The notes: a model not told the origin generated them from the letters alone. 64,000 nucleotides of DNA from Chitinophagaceae bacterium (GCA_027486835.1 JAIXOJ010000031.1:23937-87936); one strand, 5' to 3'. Positions 53,123-63,730 are shown, counted from the first letter of the stretch. Numbers and translations: made by a program.

Positions 53123-54145
53123 TTAATGCCTTCTTTTCACCTGCACTATACGAATGTTTTTACCTTGAACATCAATGATTACATTATCTGTTTGCAGCGT
53201 TGGTGGTTTAGTGATGTCCGATTCCGAGTAACCATTAAAATGACTAAAGTTAACACAATGATTATCTCTTGAAATTGCTAAACCAGACGCATGATTCGAT
53301 TTTGGAACAGTATTGTCGTTGAAAGAATCAACTAGCTCAAACCGATTATTGATATACTTACCGATATAAGCATTTGGATTGGATAGCTGCAATGCGAATA
53401 AAGTGTCTTGTACCATAAAATTTAGAGCAGTTATTTCAAAAGGGATTTCAAGTATGGGTACCTCATTAGCATATTTCTTGTTGATTTTAGATATGTAGTA
53501 GTTAGGAGGATACAATTTTTCAAAACTTTTTGTTTTGGAAACATACAAATAAGGGTAACACACACCAAATTGAATTTGATCTTCAACTTCAATGATTTTT
53601 TCAGGATTCTTTACTAAATAGGAAATGTGTTGTGTGCTTAATATATAGCCGAGATGCGTTTTAAATACTTGACTTATCATAACAGTTGGAAAATAGAACC
53701 ATTTTCTGGTATGTTTATGGTAGAAGAAAGTGGCACCATAGCTACTTTCTTCACCATCAACTGTACACATTGGGTAAGTAAAATAAATCCTGTATGCAGA
53801 GTCGTCATAAATGGCTTTGTTGCCAAATTGTTTATCTACAATCGAGTCTTCTGTTACATAACTTGATTCGAATTGATTCAATAAAGAATCTTGATCCAAC
53901 AATTGAAGCTGATTAGCGGCAGCGGTATCTAATATTAAATCTAGAGAATAAGCTATTAGCTTCTTTTTTTCATCCCAAAAGAAGAAATGTTGATTTAAAA
54001 ATTTGATTGTACTAATCGGAGTGTCAACTATAATACCCTGATAGGTCAGTTGAAATTTTTGATTGCTTTCAATAGCTGGTTTTGGTTTACAAGAAACCAA
54101 TAATGCCATAACTATCAGATAAGTAAATGAATGCTTCATGTCCAA
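53123..54145 (-). CDS. Hypothetical lipoprotein
   Basis: Signal peptide with a lipobox (LLVSC). 340 aa with no recognised domain. Confidence 0.5.
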   Translation of the reverse strand: MDMKHSFTYLIVMALLVSCKPKPAIESNQKFQLTYQGIIVDTPISTIKFLNQHFFFWDEKKKLIAYSLDLILDTAAANQLQLLDQDSLLNQFESSYVTEDSIVDKQFGNKAIYDDSAYRIYFTYPMCTVDGEESSYGATFFYHKHTRKWFYFPTVMISQVFKTHLGYILSTQHISYLVKNPEKIIEVEDQIQFGVCYPYLYVSKTKSFEKLYPPNYYISKINKKYANEVPILEIPFEITALNFMVQDTLFALQLSNPNAYIGKYINNRFELVDSFNDNTVPKSNHASGLAISRDNHCVNFSHFNGYSESDITKPPTLQTDNVIIDVQGKNIRIVQVKRRH

Positions 54146-54391
54146 AATTGATGGGTTTCAAATTTCTCTTAGAAAATTTAATGCTCTTGGAAAACATCCA
54201 AGTTTTATGGCAATATAGGGTTTGCATGTTATCAGCTTTCCTCCTACAGCGACCATCACATTCACTCACTTTCTTCATCCCAAAATGAAATCAGGTGTTC
54301 ATCTAGAAAACAAGATCCTAAGTGCAATAAAAAAGAGCCATCAACCGAAGCTGATGACTCTTTTTTTTAATGCCTTTTTGATAACAGTGTA

Positions 54392-54580
54392 CTATTTCTT
54401 TTTGTTTTTGTACAGTTTGTTCACTCCGTAAGAAGCACCCGCTGCCAGCAACAAAGAAATACCACCATCAATTGGAGCAGCACCACCACCGCCAGAACCT
54501 GGAGGGGTTGCATGAGCTACTGTTGCGGCCAAGAACAACACAACTGTCATCGTAATCATTTGAACCAAATTCTTCTTCAT
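54392..54580 (-). CDS. Mini-protein C: signal peptide + Gly-rich linker + IDGG–TM helix–KNKKK
   Basis: 62 aa: MKKNLVQMITMTVVLFLAATVAHA | TPPGSGGGGAAP | IDGGISLLLAAGASYGVNKLYKNKKK. Same architecture as 21533 and 55126. Confidence 0.5.
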   Translation of the reverse strand: MKKNLVQMITMTVVLFLAATVAHATPPGSGGGGAAPIDGGISLLLAAGASYGVNKLYKNKKK

Positions 54581-55052
54581 AATTTTTTTTCAGTTTTTGC
54601 CCTCATCCCCTAAAGAGTGCATTATTTAAATTAAATTTCCTACATAGGGTATATAGGAATTTGCTAAATGAGATAATTAAGCTACGATCAAATTACCCAT
54701 TGAAATATGAGACTGTGGCAAAATAAGGATTCATTTGTAAAAAACAAACCGTATTTCCAAAATAGGTGGGTTTTGCATATTTATGATCAACTGTTGGGCG
54801 TACAAATACTAAATAATATAGTAAGCCTTTCTTTCCAAAACCCCCTTTGAGAGATATTGGCTTAGCACATCAATCTAAATAGCTACAATTTAACAATTAT
54901 AGTGAGTGTGAAAGCTGATAGTTCTTATACCTCTTTCCCAACCATTTTCCATAAGCGAGGGCTAGCGAAATTTATAATAACACTATGCATAATGTAGGTC
55001 AATACAATTTAGGACATTAGCGATAGTATAGTAAACCCCTTCTTCCTTTGTC

Positions 55053-55093
55053 ACAAAAAAGGCACAGCTCAATATAAATCAGTGCTGTGCCTT
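55053..55093 (-). terminator. Rho-independent terminator of the giant-4 + mini-protein B operon
   Basis: Stem aggcacagc / gctgtgcct followed by a T-run on the minus strand, 35 bp after the mini-protein stop. Confidence 0.6.
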
Positions 55094-55125
55094 TACACAA
55101 AAAGATGGTCGGTTTATGACTGTAA

Positions 55126-55365
55126 TTATTTTTTGGGGCTGCCGATGCTTTTGATTTTCTTAGCGGCATAGCCAATGCCACTAGCTGCTAAGACCAAACT
55201 CATGCCTCCATCAAAAGGAATGACTGGGCCACCGCCAGTTGTTGGAAATCCACCACCGCTACCACCGCCACCTGGGGTAGTACCACCACCCCCAAACTGG
55301 GCAGATAGTTGTAAGGAAACCAAAGCCGCAGCCCCCATCAATACTGTTTTAAATATCTTTTTCAT
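55126..55365 (-). CDS. Mini-protein B: signal peptide + Gly-rich linker + PFDGG–TM helix–KK motif, probably co-transcribed with giant gene 4
   Basis: 79 aa: MKKIFKTVLMGAAALVSLQLSAQ | FGGGGTTPGGGGSGGGFPTTGGGPVIP | FDGGMSLVLAASGIGYAAKKIKSIGSPKK. Only 13 bp separate it from the stop of the 1233-aa gene. Confidence 0.6.
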   Translation of the reverse strand: MKKIFKTVLMGAAALVSLQLSAQFGGGGTTPGGGGSGGGFPTTGGGPVIPFDGGMSLVLAASGIGYAAKKIKSIGSPKK

Positions 55366-55377
55366 GCCTTTTCTTTT

Positions 55378-58300
55378 TTACCTTATAAATAATGATGCTG
55401 AACAAACCTTAGATGACTCATTGTTGAGTACAATAGTATAAAAACCTGATGATATAGACGCATTTAATTCAATTGTATATTTGCCAGCACCTCCTAGATG
55501 TTTAATGGATTGACGAATCTCTACCTTGCCTAAAGCATTGTAAACAACTACTTGGTAGTTCCCTTTGGGTAATGCCTCGCAGAAAAGCTGTATTTTATTA
55601 TCCACTACAGGATTGGGAAATACTCGGATACTTGCTTTACCGTCATTCTGGGTATTGGCTATGATTGGGTTAAACTTAGCATTTGCAAATTGGATACTAA
55701 AGCGTTCTGTACTGCCTTCGTAATGACCAAACCTATACTCCAATCCTTCCGTTTCTATCTTGACTTGTTTACCCAACAAAGCATCTACCAAAAAGGCTTC
55801 TTGGCCTTTACTGCTAAATTCAGTAGCATCAATATGTAATTGATAGGAGGTATTAGGTACTAAATTCCAAAGCTTTAATGGTAAAATATCACCAGCATTC
55901 GGCATGGGCAAACCATCGATAGAAATATCTTGATTACCCTCTACAATTGCGAGGTTCTCTTTTGAATTCTGCATTTTTTTAGCATCCTCGGCTCCATATG
56001 CTTTGGCGTATTCTTGGTCAAACACGGCCACCGCTCCATCTATGTTTTTACTACCGATGCCTTCCAGATTTTTCCATAGACTGATAGCCAATCTATTAAT
56101 TGGTTTTGAAGTTTTATACACTGCCGTAAATGATTGGTTGGTTACTTTGTTGCTCTCTGCAATTACTAGTTGCCTTGTACTGTTGCTAGCTGTATTCTCC
56201 ACCCAAAATGCTTGTGCAGGTTGTATGTAACGGTTGATTTTAGATAAGGTGGGGTTACTATTTGTTCCAGTACTTGCATTGTAGGATACAAAGACTTGGT
56301 AACTATTACTCACCAAAAAAGAAGGGTCAAAATAATAATAGTTGTTGGTTAATCCTGTTTTGGTTACTGCGTGCCAGTCGATGGCACAAGCATAAGGATT
56401 CGCAATAAAACTACCCGCATTATTAACCGTTGAAAGTTTGGCTGAACTTGTACCAAAGCCTCCACCAGTTGTGTTAGTCGTTCCAAAAGTAATTGTCCCT
56501 GTTACCAATTGTCCTGTTGTTCTGATGGTAGTTGCGTTGGTCATGCTACTAGAAGTGTCAAATTTATTTTGGTAGAGGTTTACATTTCTGTCGCCAAACA
56601 TGGCTACATGATAACCAATACAGGGGTCAATATTGGTGGTTTTTGTATTGGCTATGGAATCCCAAGCATTGTTTGTGTAAATAAACAATCCCCTGTTTCC
56701 GTTGGTGGTGTTATCCAGTCCTGTAGTAGCATTAAAGCCAGGGCTTGTACTTTTATTTCCTATAATGTACGTACCATATCCCATTGGCCTACTTCCTTTT
56801 TCCTGCCAATTATTAAAGAATGAACCAGCATTATACACGCCTCCTGCACCTAACTGGCGATAGGCTTTAAAGCCTTTAGGAATATAGCGTTCTACAGTTA
56901 CACTGCCTGTAATAGTTGCACCATTAGTTATTGGGCCAACAGCTGCAGTGGCTGAGATAGAAGTTGATTTTAGGGTTAAAAAATTTCCGTTAAGGTTGAG
57001 GTTACCAGCGTTTAGTGAGAGCAATCCAGTGATTCCCACACCCGTTCCCAATTTGGCACCGCCTGTTCCGCTAATGGTTAAAGCGTTTAATAAAGAATCG
57101 TTCGCTACTTTGTTGAAGTACACAATAGACGTACTGCTACTGTTCACCACCAAACTGGATGTTGATGATCCTTTCAATACCCCCGTACCCGACACCAAAC
57201 CATTGATGGTAAGGGTTTTTCCGTTGAGGCTCAGACTTGTTCCTGTAGGCAAAGAAAGGTTGCTAATTGCCGTATTTGCAGCTAACACGGGATAACGCCC
57301 TGTTGCCACAACAGGAATATTGATGTTGCTGCCTGCAAGCGGTACAGTATTGCTACACCAGTTGCCACCAACTGACCAATCCGTGCTAATAGCTCCTGTC
57401 CAAGTATTGGCAACACCAGTTACTGTAATGGTGATGGCATTGCTGGTTACTTGGGTTGGTACTGCACAAGTGGCGTTACTGTTTAATACGGCAGTTACTT
57501 TATCATTATTGGCCAATGAGTTACTACTATAGGTGTTGCCAGTAGCCCCAACGGAACTACCATTTACATACCACAAAGGAGCGGCAGTTCCTGCATTAGC
57601 TGTATTGGCAGTGAACGAAACACTAGTACCTGCGCAAATGGATGTTTTATTAGCCACAATAGAAATGGAAGGCGTGAGGTTAGCGTTCACAGTCATCTTT
57701 ACGGAGTTACTTGTGGCAGAAGTGGTAGTAGCACAGGTGACATTGCTTGTTAAAACAACTGATATTAAGTCATTATTTGCCAAGGTTGATCTAGTGAAAG
57801 TGGGTGCGGTTGCCCCAGAGATATTTATACCGTTAATTTTCCATTGGTAGGAAGGGCTTCCTCCTCCGTTAGTAATAACGGAAGAAAACGTAACACTACT
57901 TCCAGAACAAATATTACTAGCACTAGCATTAATACTAATGGTAGGGGTAACTTTTGGGTTAACGGTCACTTTGATGCTATTGCTCGTTTTCGTAGGAGGA
58001 ATGGCGCATACCGCATTACTAGTAATTGTACAAGTTATAGCATCGTTGTTAACTAGACTGCTTACGCTATAAGTAGCCGATGTGGCTCCAGTGATGGGAA
58101 CACCATTTTTGTTCCATTGGTAAGAAGGACTTGTTCCGCCATTGGTAATAGACGCAGAGAAAGTAATAGAAGTACCGGTACATATAGTGGTGGCTGTTGC
58201 GTTGATAGCAATAGTTGGCGTTACTGGGATACAAAGTACAAATCCAGCTAAACTTGCAGTGCCCGTTGGCCCTACCACTGACACCGTTCCACTTGCACCA

Positions 58301-59079
58301 CTAGCCACCACTGCTGAAATAGTGCTATCATTTAGTACAGTAAATGAGGAAGCGGCCACCCCACCGAAACTAACACTACTGGCTCCAGTAAACGAACTAC
58401 CACTTATGGTAATGGTAGATCCCGCTGGGGCTACCGTTGGTGTAAAACTGGTAAGTGTAGGCACACTGCGAACAAAGGCAATACTACCTATAAAACCTCT
58501 TGGATACCTAAAGGGCATAAAAGGTAAATTATCTCCTGACCATCCTACGTTTCCACCAGTAATAATATTAACATTGCCAGCGGTTGCGGTATACACAGTT
58601 TCATCAAACAAACCTTCATAACTGAGGCCTTGCCCGCTACCGTCGTCGGCATTAACACAAAAGCCATAGGTTCGTCCTGGTGGAACAACCACATATAAAG
58701 CATCGGTTAGCATATTTACCCCCGCAGTGCCAGCAATAGTACCAGTACCCGCACTTACCCATCCATTTAAGCCATCACCAACATCGCCCTGAGTCCAAGT
58801 ATCACTGGAAGACAGAACGGCAGTGGGATTATACAAAACCGTCCAATTATGATTGCCTGCATTGAGTAGGTGGCAGCTTACCGTGTTTACAGTGATAGGA
58901 AATACGTTGTTATTTTGAACATTGAAAATGATAGAGTTAAATGCATAATTATTGAAAGAATGCGATGTGGTAACTGTTGTTTGCGCATTCAAGCCGTTGG
59001 TAAGGCAAACAAGCAGCACTAATATTCCTATCTTGGTGAAAGCGTATAGGTTTTTCATTTTTGAAACCAAGTAATCCAT
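55378..59079 (-). CDS. Giant (1233 aa) T9SS-secreted surface protein (paralog 4): IPT/TIG-like domain, four Cys-containing Ig-like modules, shared pre-CTD module, type-A CTD
   Basis: Signal peptide. Four ~75-aa modules with C..G(S/T).V(T/S)F.A....GG(T/S)(S/A)P.YQW(K/N). About 75% identity to paralog 3 over the VERYIPKGFKAYRQL...NNWQE region. C-terminal VFPNPVVDNKIQLF...SLFIR. Confidence 0.85.
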   Translation of the reverse strand: MDYLVSKMKNLYAFTKIGILVLLVCLTNGLNAQTTVTTSHSFNNYAFNSIIFNVQNNNVFPITVNTVSCHLLNAGNHNWTVLYNPTAVLSSSDTWTQGDVGDGLNGWVSAGTGTIAGTAGVNMLTDALYVVVPPGRTYGFCVNADDGSGQGLSYEGLFDETVYTATAGNVNIITGGNVGWSGDNLPFMPFRYPRGFIGSIAFVRSVPTLTSFTPTVAPAGSTITISGSSFTGASSVSFGGVAASSFTVLNDSTISAVVASGASGTVSVVGPTGTASLAGFVLCIPVTPTIAINATATTICTGTSITFSASITNGGTSPSYQWNKNGVPITGATSATYSVSSLVNNDAITCTITSNAVCAIPPTKTSNSIKVTVNPKVTPTISINASASNICSGSSVTFSSVITNGGGSPSYQWKINGINISGATAPTFTRSTLANNDLISVVLTSNVTCATTTSATSNSVKMTVNANLTPSISIVANKTSICAGTSVSFTANTANAGTAAPLWYVNGSSVGATGNTYSSNSLANNDKVTAVLNSNATCAVPTQVTSNAITITVTGVANTWTGAISTDWSVGGNWCSNTVPLAGSNINIPVVATGRYPVLAANTAISNLSLPTGTSLSLNGKTLTINGLVSGTGVLKGSSTSSLVVNSSSTSIVYFNKVANDSLLNALTISGTGGAKLGTGVGITGLLSLNAGNLNLNGNFLTLKSTSISATAAVGPITNGATITGSVTVERYIPKGFKAYRQLGAGGVYNAGSFFNNWQEKGSRPMGYGTYIIGNKSTSPGFNATTGLDNTTNGNRGLFIYTNNAWDSIANTKTTNIDPCIGYHVAMFGDRNVNLYQNKFDTSSSMTNATTIRTTGQLVTGTITFGTTNTTGGGFGTSSAKLSTVNNAGSFIANPYACAIDWHAVTKTGLTNNYYYFDPSFLVSNSYQVFVSYNASTGTNSNPTLSKINRYIQPAQAFWVENTASNSTRQLVIAESNKVTNQSFTAVYKTSKPINRLAISLWKNLEGIGSKNIDGAVAVFDQEYAKAYGAEDAKKMQNSKENLAIVEGNQDISIDGLPMPNAGDILPLKLWNLVPNTSYQLHIDATEFSSKGQEAFLVDALLGKQVKIETEGLEYRFGHYEGSTERFSIQFANAKFNPIIANTQNDGKASIRVFPNPVVDNKIQLFCEALPKGNYQVVVYNALGKVEIRQSIKHLGGAGKYTIELNASISSGFYTIVLNNESSKVCSASLFIR

Positions 59080-59844
59080 ACGAATAATTTTATTTAATTC
59101 GTTGCGAAAGTAACGGAATCAATCAGAAAGAATTGACAGTAGAAAAAGTAATGAATTTTATGTGGGTGCATTGATGTTTTCCTAGGGATTAATTATACTA
59201 TGTCTTGTTTTAAAAAAAACACGATCGTTTGCTAGGTGAGGGTGGCTTAACATTTATATGTTTCTGAGATATTACATTGATGTCCGATTCCCGCCAAGTA
59301 AAATTTGTCCAGTCGTTGGCTATTTCTTAGGAAAATAGCTTTTGCTGTAAAATAAGTAATATTTCCTGCAGAAATGCGGCTAATGTCAGTGTTATTCTCC
59401 CCCAATTGATCGAGGGAGTTTGTTCATCTGAGCGGCCGTCTATTGAAAATTTTTCATAGGGTTATCCAAAAAAGGTCATGATTTTCTACCTTCTAATAAC
59501 ATAAACAACAAAATAACTTGATTGAATGGTACTAAAGGCACATTTAAGCCACTGATGTGTACAATTAAATCAACGCTCATTCTGGATAATAAAATGGTGC
59601 TAGCGAATTATTAGACGTGCAAAAAGATGTCTGTAAATAATATTAAGCATTTATGGGTGAAGTTGGGTAGAAGTGATATTATGTGGATTGGTTTGTTTGC
59701 CAACATGTATTCGTAAGGAAGCTTTAAAAATTTGGAAGGTCTAACTGCTAAGAATTCAGACTTTGTTTTTTTCCCCCTTTTAAATTCAATGAGCCAAATT
59801 TATTTTTACACGAGCACTTACTTCCTACTACGTATCATTCTCTT

Positions 59845-60258
59845 TTATTTTGCATCGGAATCTTCAAAAAAATGGGCGATCGCTTCAATGTTTTTAATCT
59901 CTTTACATACAGTTACGTTGAGGCTTTTCTCCAAATAGCCAATAACCTGAGTATATTCTTTTGCTTTTTCTTTATCTGGTTGTGAAACGGACGAGCTAAC
60001 CATCATTACATAAAACCGATTGTCATTGGGTATATCTTGGAGGGAGTTTAGAAATTCCCAACCATTCATTACTGGCATATTGATGTCCAGCAGTACCAAA
60101 AAGAAATTACCCTCTTTATCATTAGCGATATATTCATAGGCGGCCTTACCATCAGAAAATGCTAAAGGATCCAATGAAATATTTGACTTAGCCAAAATAC
60201 GCTTATGCATTAAGGTAATTACAGGGTCATCGTCAACAATCAAAACTTTTAAACTCAT
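59845..60258 (-). CDS. Single-domain CheY-like response-regulator receiver
   Basis: VLIVDDDP and the canonical FLVLLDINMPVMNGWEFL, with conserved T and K positions. Confidence 0.8.
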   Translation of the reverse strand: MSLKVLIVDDDPVITLMHKRILAKSNISLDPLAFSDGKAAYEYIANDKEGNFFLVLLDINMPVMNGWEFLNSLQDIPNDNRFYVMMVSSSVSQPDKEKAKEYTQVIGYLEKSLNVTVCKEIKNIEAIAHFFEDSDAK

Positions 60259-60449
60259 GGCAAAATAGGTTTATAGTTAGTCAGGGTTGGAGCAGAATAT
60301 ACTCAATCAAATAATTAGTACCACATTGCAGTGAAGTAGCCTAATTTTTTTAAAAGTAGTGTTTATGTTGAAATAAATACCAAGAAAAAAATGAAGTGGA
60401 TAAAATTGGGTATATCCCAAGTTTTATAATTGAAATGTTATCCAACTGT

Positions 60450-60502
60450 TAGTAAAGCAAAAATGCCGAATAAAACGGAATAAATTCCATCTTATTCGGC
60501 AT
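60450..60502 (-). terminator. Rho-independent terminator after bcp
   Basis: 11-bp stem atgccgaataa / ttattcggcat with a structured loop and a T-run on the minus strand. Confidence 0.6.
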
Positions 60503-60516
60503 TGTAATAACCTTAA

Positions 60517-60993
60517 TTAATGAGTACTTAGTTCATCCCAAGCGGCTAGTATTTCTTCCGTATGGTTTTTAGTATCAGGTTTGGCGATAATTTTTTTAAT
60601 TTTTCCAGCTTCGTCAATTAAAAAAGTAGTACGGGTAGTACCCATGTAGGTTTTGCCCATAAACTTTTTTTCGCCCCAAAGATTGTAAGCATCTACTATT
60701 TTCTTTTCCTCATCGGAAACCAAGGGGAAGGGGAGATTGAATTTCTCTTCAAATTTTTTGTGGCTTTTCACGTTATCAACGCTCACGCCCACTATTTGAA
60801 AACCTTTGTCAAGCAAAAGCTGGTAATTATCTCTCAGGTTGCAAGCTTGTGCTGTACACCCTGGAGTATCGTCTTTTGGATAAAAGTAAAGCACCAATTT
60901 TTGACCTATAAAATCTTTAAGGGCTATTGTTTTTCCATTTTGGTCTAAGGCTTTAAAACTAGGGGCCTTAGTTCCTTCTTTTAATACTGCCAT
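60517..60993 (-). CDS. bcp: Thiol peroxidase, peroxiredoxin Q/Bcp family
   Basis: LVLYFYPKDDTPGCTAQAC peroxidatic-Cys motif. 158 aa. Confidence 0.85.
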   Translation of the reverse strand: MAVLKEGTKAPSFKALDQNGKTIALKDFIGQKLVLYFYPKDDTPGCTAQACNLRDNYQLLLDKGFQIVGVSVDNVKSHKKFEEKFNLPFPLVSDEEKKIVDAYNLWGEKKFMGKTYMGTTRTTFLIDEAGKIKKIIAKPDTKNHTEEILAAWDELSTH

Positions 60994-61276
60994 TGTAATC
61001 AGTTAAATCTGTTCTATTAAAAAGAATCTATCTATTGAAGCAGTGAAATGTAGGGTAATAACCCTCATATTTACCTATTTACGGGATTCCGTTCTAATTA
61101 CAACTGTATTTTAACAGTAAAAAGCCCCTATAGATGATTGTATGTACTAAAAAGAGCTATTGATTAGTTCCATTATAGACCACTAACTTAAAAATTAGGC
61201 TGTAGTATAAATAGGTTCAGTACGGTAATAGAACCCTCAATATTTATTCTATTCAAGTACTGTATAGCGGGAGCAA

Positions 61277-63211
61277 TTATTCAACATTTGACGGATTCTC
61301 TTGGAGCGGCGGTAGTTTGGAATCCATCGCTTTTTTTACATCCATTAGTTCCATCAACTTAAGCCCTAGCAATCCATCCATAGACGAACCTTGTCCATTT
61401 GCACCACCAATCAATACATCTGGTATCAATTTTATCCTGCCTTTAGATAGCTCTTCTGTTATTTTATAGCGGGTAAAGTTCTCGCCTCCCAATGCCTTTA
61501 CAGCCAGCTCATAAGCCTCGGCGGTTGATTTACCAACGGCTAATATTTTACCAGCCTCGGCATTACCAGTAAGACTAATTTTTTCTGCTTCTGCTGCTGC
61601 TCTAAGTTTAATGGCTTCCGATTCTGCAACTGCGCGTGCCTTGGTAGCTTCTGCTTCGGCAAACGCCCTCATTTTAGTAGCTTCTGCTTCGGCACCTACG
61701 GCTAGTTTTACGCCTGCTGCGTCACCTTCTGATTTTTTTACGGTAGCACTTGCTGTTTTCTCCGCTATTTCCACACTTTGTTGTGCTTTTACGATATCCT
61801 TTTGCATATCAGCGATAGCGGTTTCTTTTTCCATTCCTTGCCTAGTTTCTTGCGCACTTTTTTGAGTGTCGTAAGTTACTTTTTGCTCCTCGGCTAGCTT
61901 ACGATCGGTAAGTGTTTTCATCAATGATTCGGGTGGTACAATGTCGCCAATTAAAGTATCTACTGCATTTACATTGTATTCATCCAGCACACGTTTAATG
62001 TGCTCTTTCGCAGATTCCTGCCTTTCTTTTCTTGAACTGAGGAATGAAATAACATCGCTGTCTTGTGCGGAGTTTCTGAAATAGTTGCCAATAGTCGGTT
62101 CCAATACCTGAGAAACCAGATTTACCATATTGCCAAAGCGGGCAATCACTTTGGGGGCTTCTGTGGTGGGTACGTGGATAATTTGTGCTACATCTAAATT
62201 AAAAGGAAAACCATCCCTAGAGCGCACGGTAATGGTGGACAGATTCTTATCTAAGTTGTGTGCTTCACTTCTTGCGCTAGCCCAGTTCAGCACTAAATTG
62301 GTGGTTGGTACCAACTCCACTTTCATGATGTACTTGTTAATAGGGTATTTACCAGGGCCTAATGGCTCTAGCCATACGCCTTTGAACCCTTTTTCAACAA
62401 TGTTGCCATGCTTAAACTCTGCGCCAGTAGTGTCTCTGCCTTCTTGACCAATGTAGGAAATTACCACGCCTACATATCCAATTGGAATCTCTGTCATGGG
62501 TGTTTCTTCCAATTGTACGGCCCAAGGATTGATATTATAGGAACCGGCCAATATTACTTGTGGCTGCAAACCCCTGTTGCCCCCATTTTTTATGAATTTA
62601 TCAAAATCTTGAAAGTTGTTATGACCTTCCACCAATTTACCTGCAATTTGCCCTTCATCAATGGGTTGACCGTCCAGTGTTGTAACGATGCCTACCCTAC
62701 TTTCCTGTATCCGAATCATTTCGGTGGTGGTCACTTGAAAAAGCTGGGTGTTAATACGATAAGAACCAGCCGTGATGTAATCGGTTTGTCGCCCTCTTTG
62801 TCCACCATTAACTAAAAACTTTTCTGCATCTTGAAAATTATCGCACTCCACACTTCTGGCCAAAATATTACCCGTAGGTATTTCTGAACCATCCTTTGCC
62901 ATGATAAGGCCAATTTGTCCTTCGGGAATAATGGTAAAATGTTCCATTGTTACCCCATATTGCCAGAACCATTTACCAAAGTACAAGCCAGGGGCGAGGG
63001 TTTTGGCTTGGAAGCCAGCTTCGCCTTTTGTGGCTATGATGCGTCCATCTGGAAGTGCTTTTTCATCACCAAATAGCACGAACTTTTTGGTTACCAACCC
63101 AATCTTGTCCTCTGGTACGATCACCATTCCAAATAGAAAACGAAGAATTAATTTGTAAGAAGCTATCGCAGCTATGAGGAGAAATAGCCACCAAAAATTT
63201 AAAATTTGCAT
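61277..63211 (-). CDS. Flotillin-like SPFH/band-7 membrane protein
   Basis: N-terminal TM helix, SPFH domain, and a long Ala/Glu-rich coiled coil (AEAEATKMRAFAEAEATKARAVAESEAIKLRAAAEAE). 644 aa. Confidence 0.75.
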   Translation of the reverse strand: MQILNFWWLFLLIAAIASYKLILRFLFGMVIVPEDKIGLVTKKFVLFGDEKALPDGRIIATKGEAGFQAKTLAPGLYFGKWFWQYGVTMEHFTIIPEGQIGLIMAKDGSEIPTGNILARSVECDNFQDAEKFLVNGGQRGRQTDYITAGSYRINTQLFQVTTTEMIRIQESRVGIVTTLDGQPIDEGQIAGKLVEGHNNFQDFDKFIKNGGNRGLQPQVILAGSYNINPWAVQLEETPMTEIPIGYVGVVISYIGQEGRDTTGAEFKHGNIVEKGFKGVWLEPLGPGKYPINKYIMKVELVPTTNLVLNWASARSEAHNLDKNLSTITVRSRDGFPFNLDVAQIIHVPTTEAPKVIARFGNMVNLVSQVLEPTIGNYFRNSAQDSDVISFLSSRKERQESAKEHIKRVLDEYNVNAVDTLIGDIVPPESLMKTLTDRKLAEEQKVTYDTQKSAQETRQGMEKETAIADMQKDIVKAQQSVEIAEKTASATVKKSEGDAAGVKLAVGAEAEATKMRAFAEAEATKARAVAESEAIKLRAAAEAEKISLTGNAEAGKILAVGKSTAEAYELAVKALGGENFTRYKITEELSKGRIKLIPDVLIGGANGQGSSMDGLLGLKLMELMDVKKAMDSKLPPLQENPSNVE

Positions 63212-63389
63212 GATTGCCTTTTTATTGTTTTATAAAATTATTGGCAAAAGTATAGGCTTGTTTTGATGTCGTTTATTTAATTTTTCTTTCTTCTAACGTC
63301 CTAGTCACTACTCGGTAAAAAAGGTTGCGCATCTTGTTTTTATTAATTCTACAGCGCTCATTATATTGTTACGAATTCTACAACTAGTC

Positions 63390-63490
63390 GGGTGCACAAA
63401 AGTTTTTCGCCGCCATCGCAAACTTTTAAAGGTTTTCAAACCCTATAAAAGTTAAAACGAAGCTTCAAAGCGAAAAACTTTTGTGCACCC
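63390..63490. mobile_element. MITE-like element, second full copy (gggtgcacaaaagtttttcgc ... gcgaaaaacttttgtgcaccc), inverted core relative to the 46989 copy
   Basis: Perfect 21-bp TIRs. The interior ggttttcaaaccct...aagttaaaacgaagcttc is the reverse complement of the 46989-copy interior. Confidence 0.55.
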
Positions 63491-63730
63491 CTTTCTTTGC
63501 CCAGAGTGCTTGTATTGTTTATTGTATCCACTAAAAAATGTGTTGCTTAATTTTAAATAGTTAAGACAATCTGTTTGCTCGAGAATTATTTCGTGTCAAC
63601 AACTGAAGTTTAGCCTAAGAAATATGTAATTATTCTGTAGATGGCGGTAATATAAAACTCATTTTTTGCAAAATCAATTTACAATTAAATTAATTGTTTA
63701 GGCTTCTTTGGTTATTTCTCTAAGATAATT

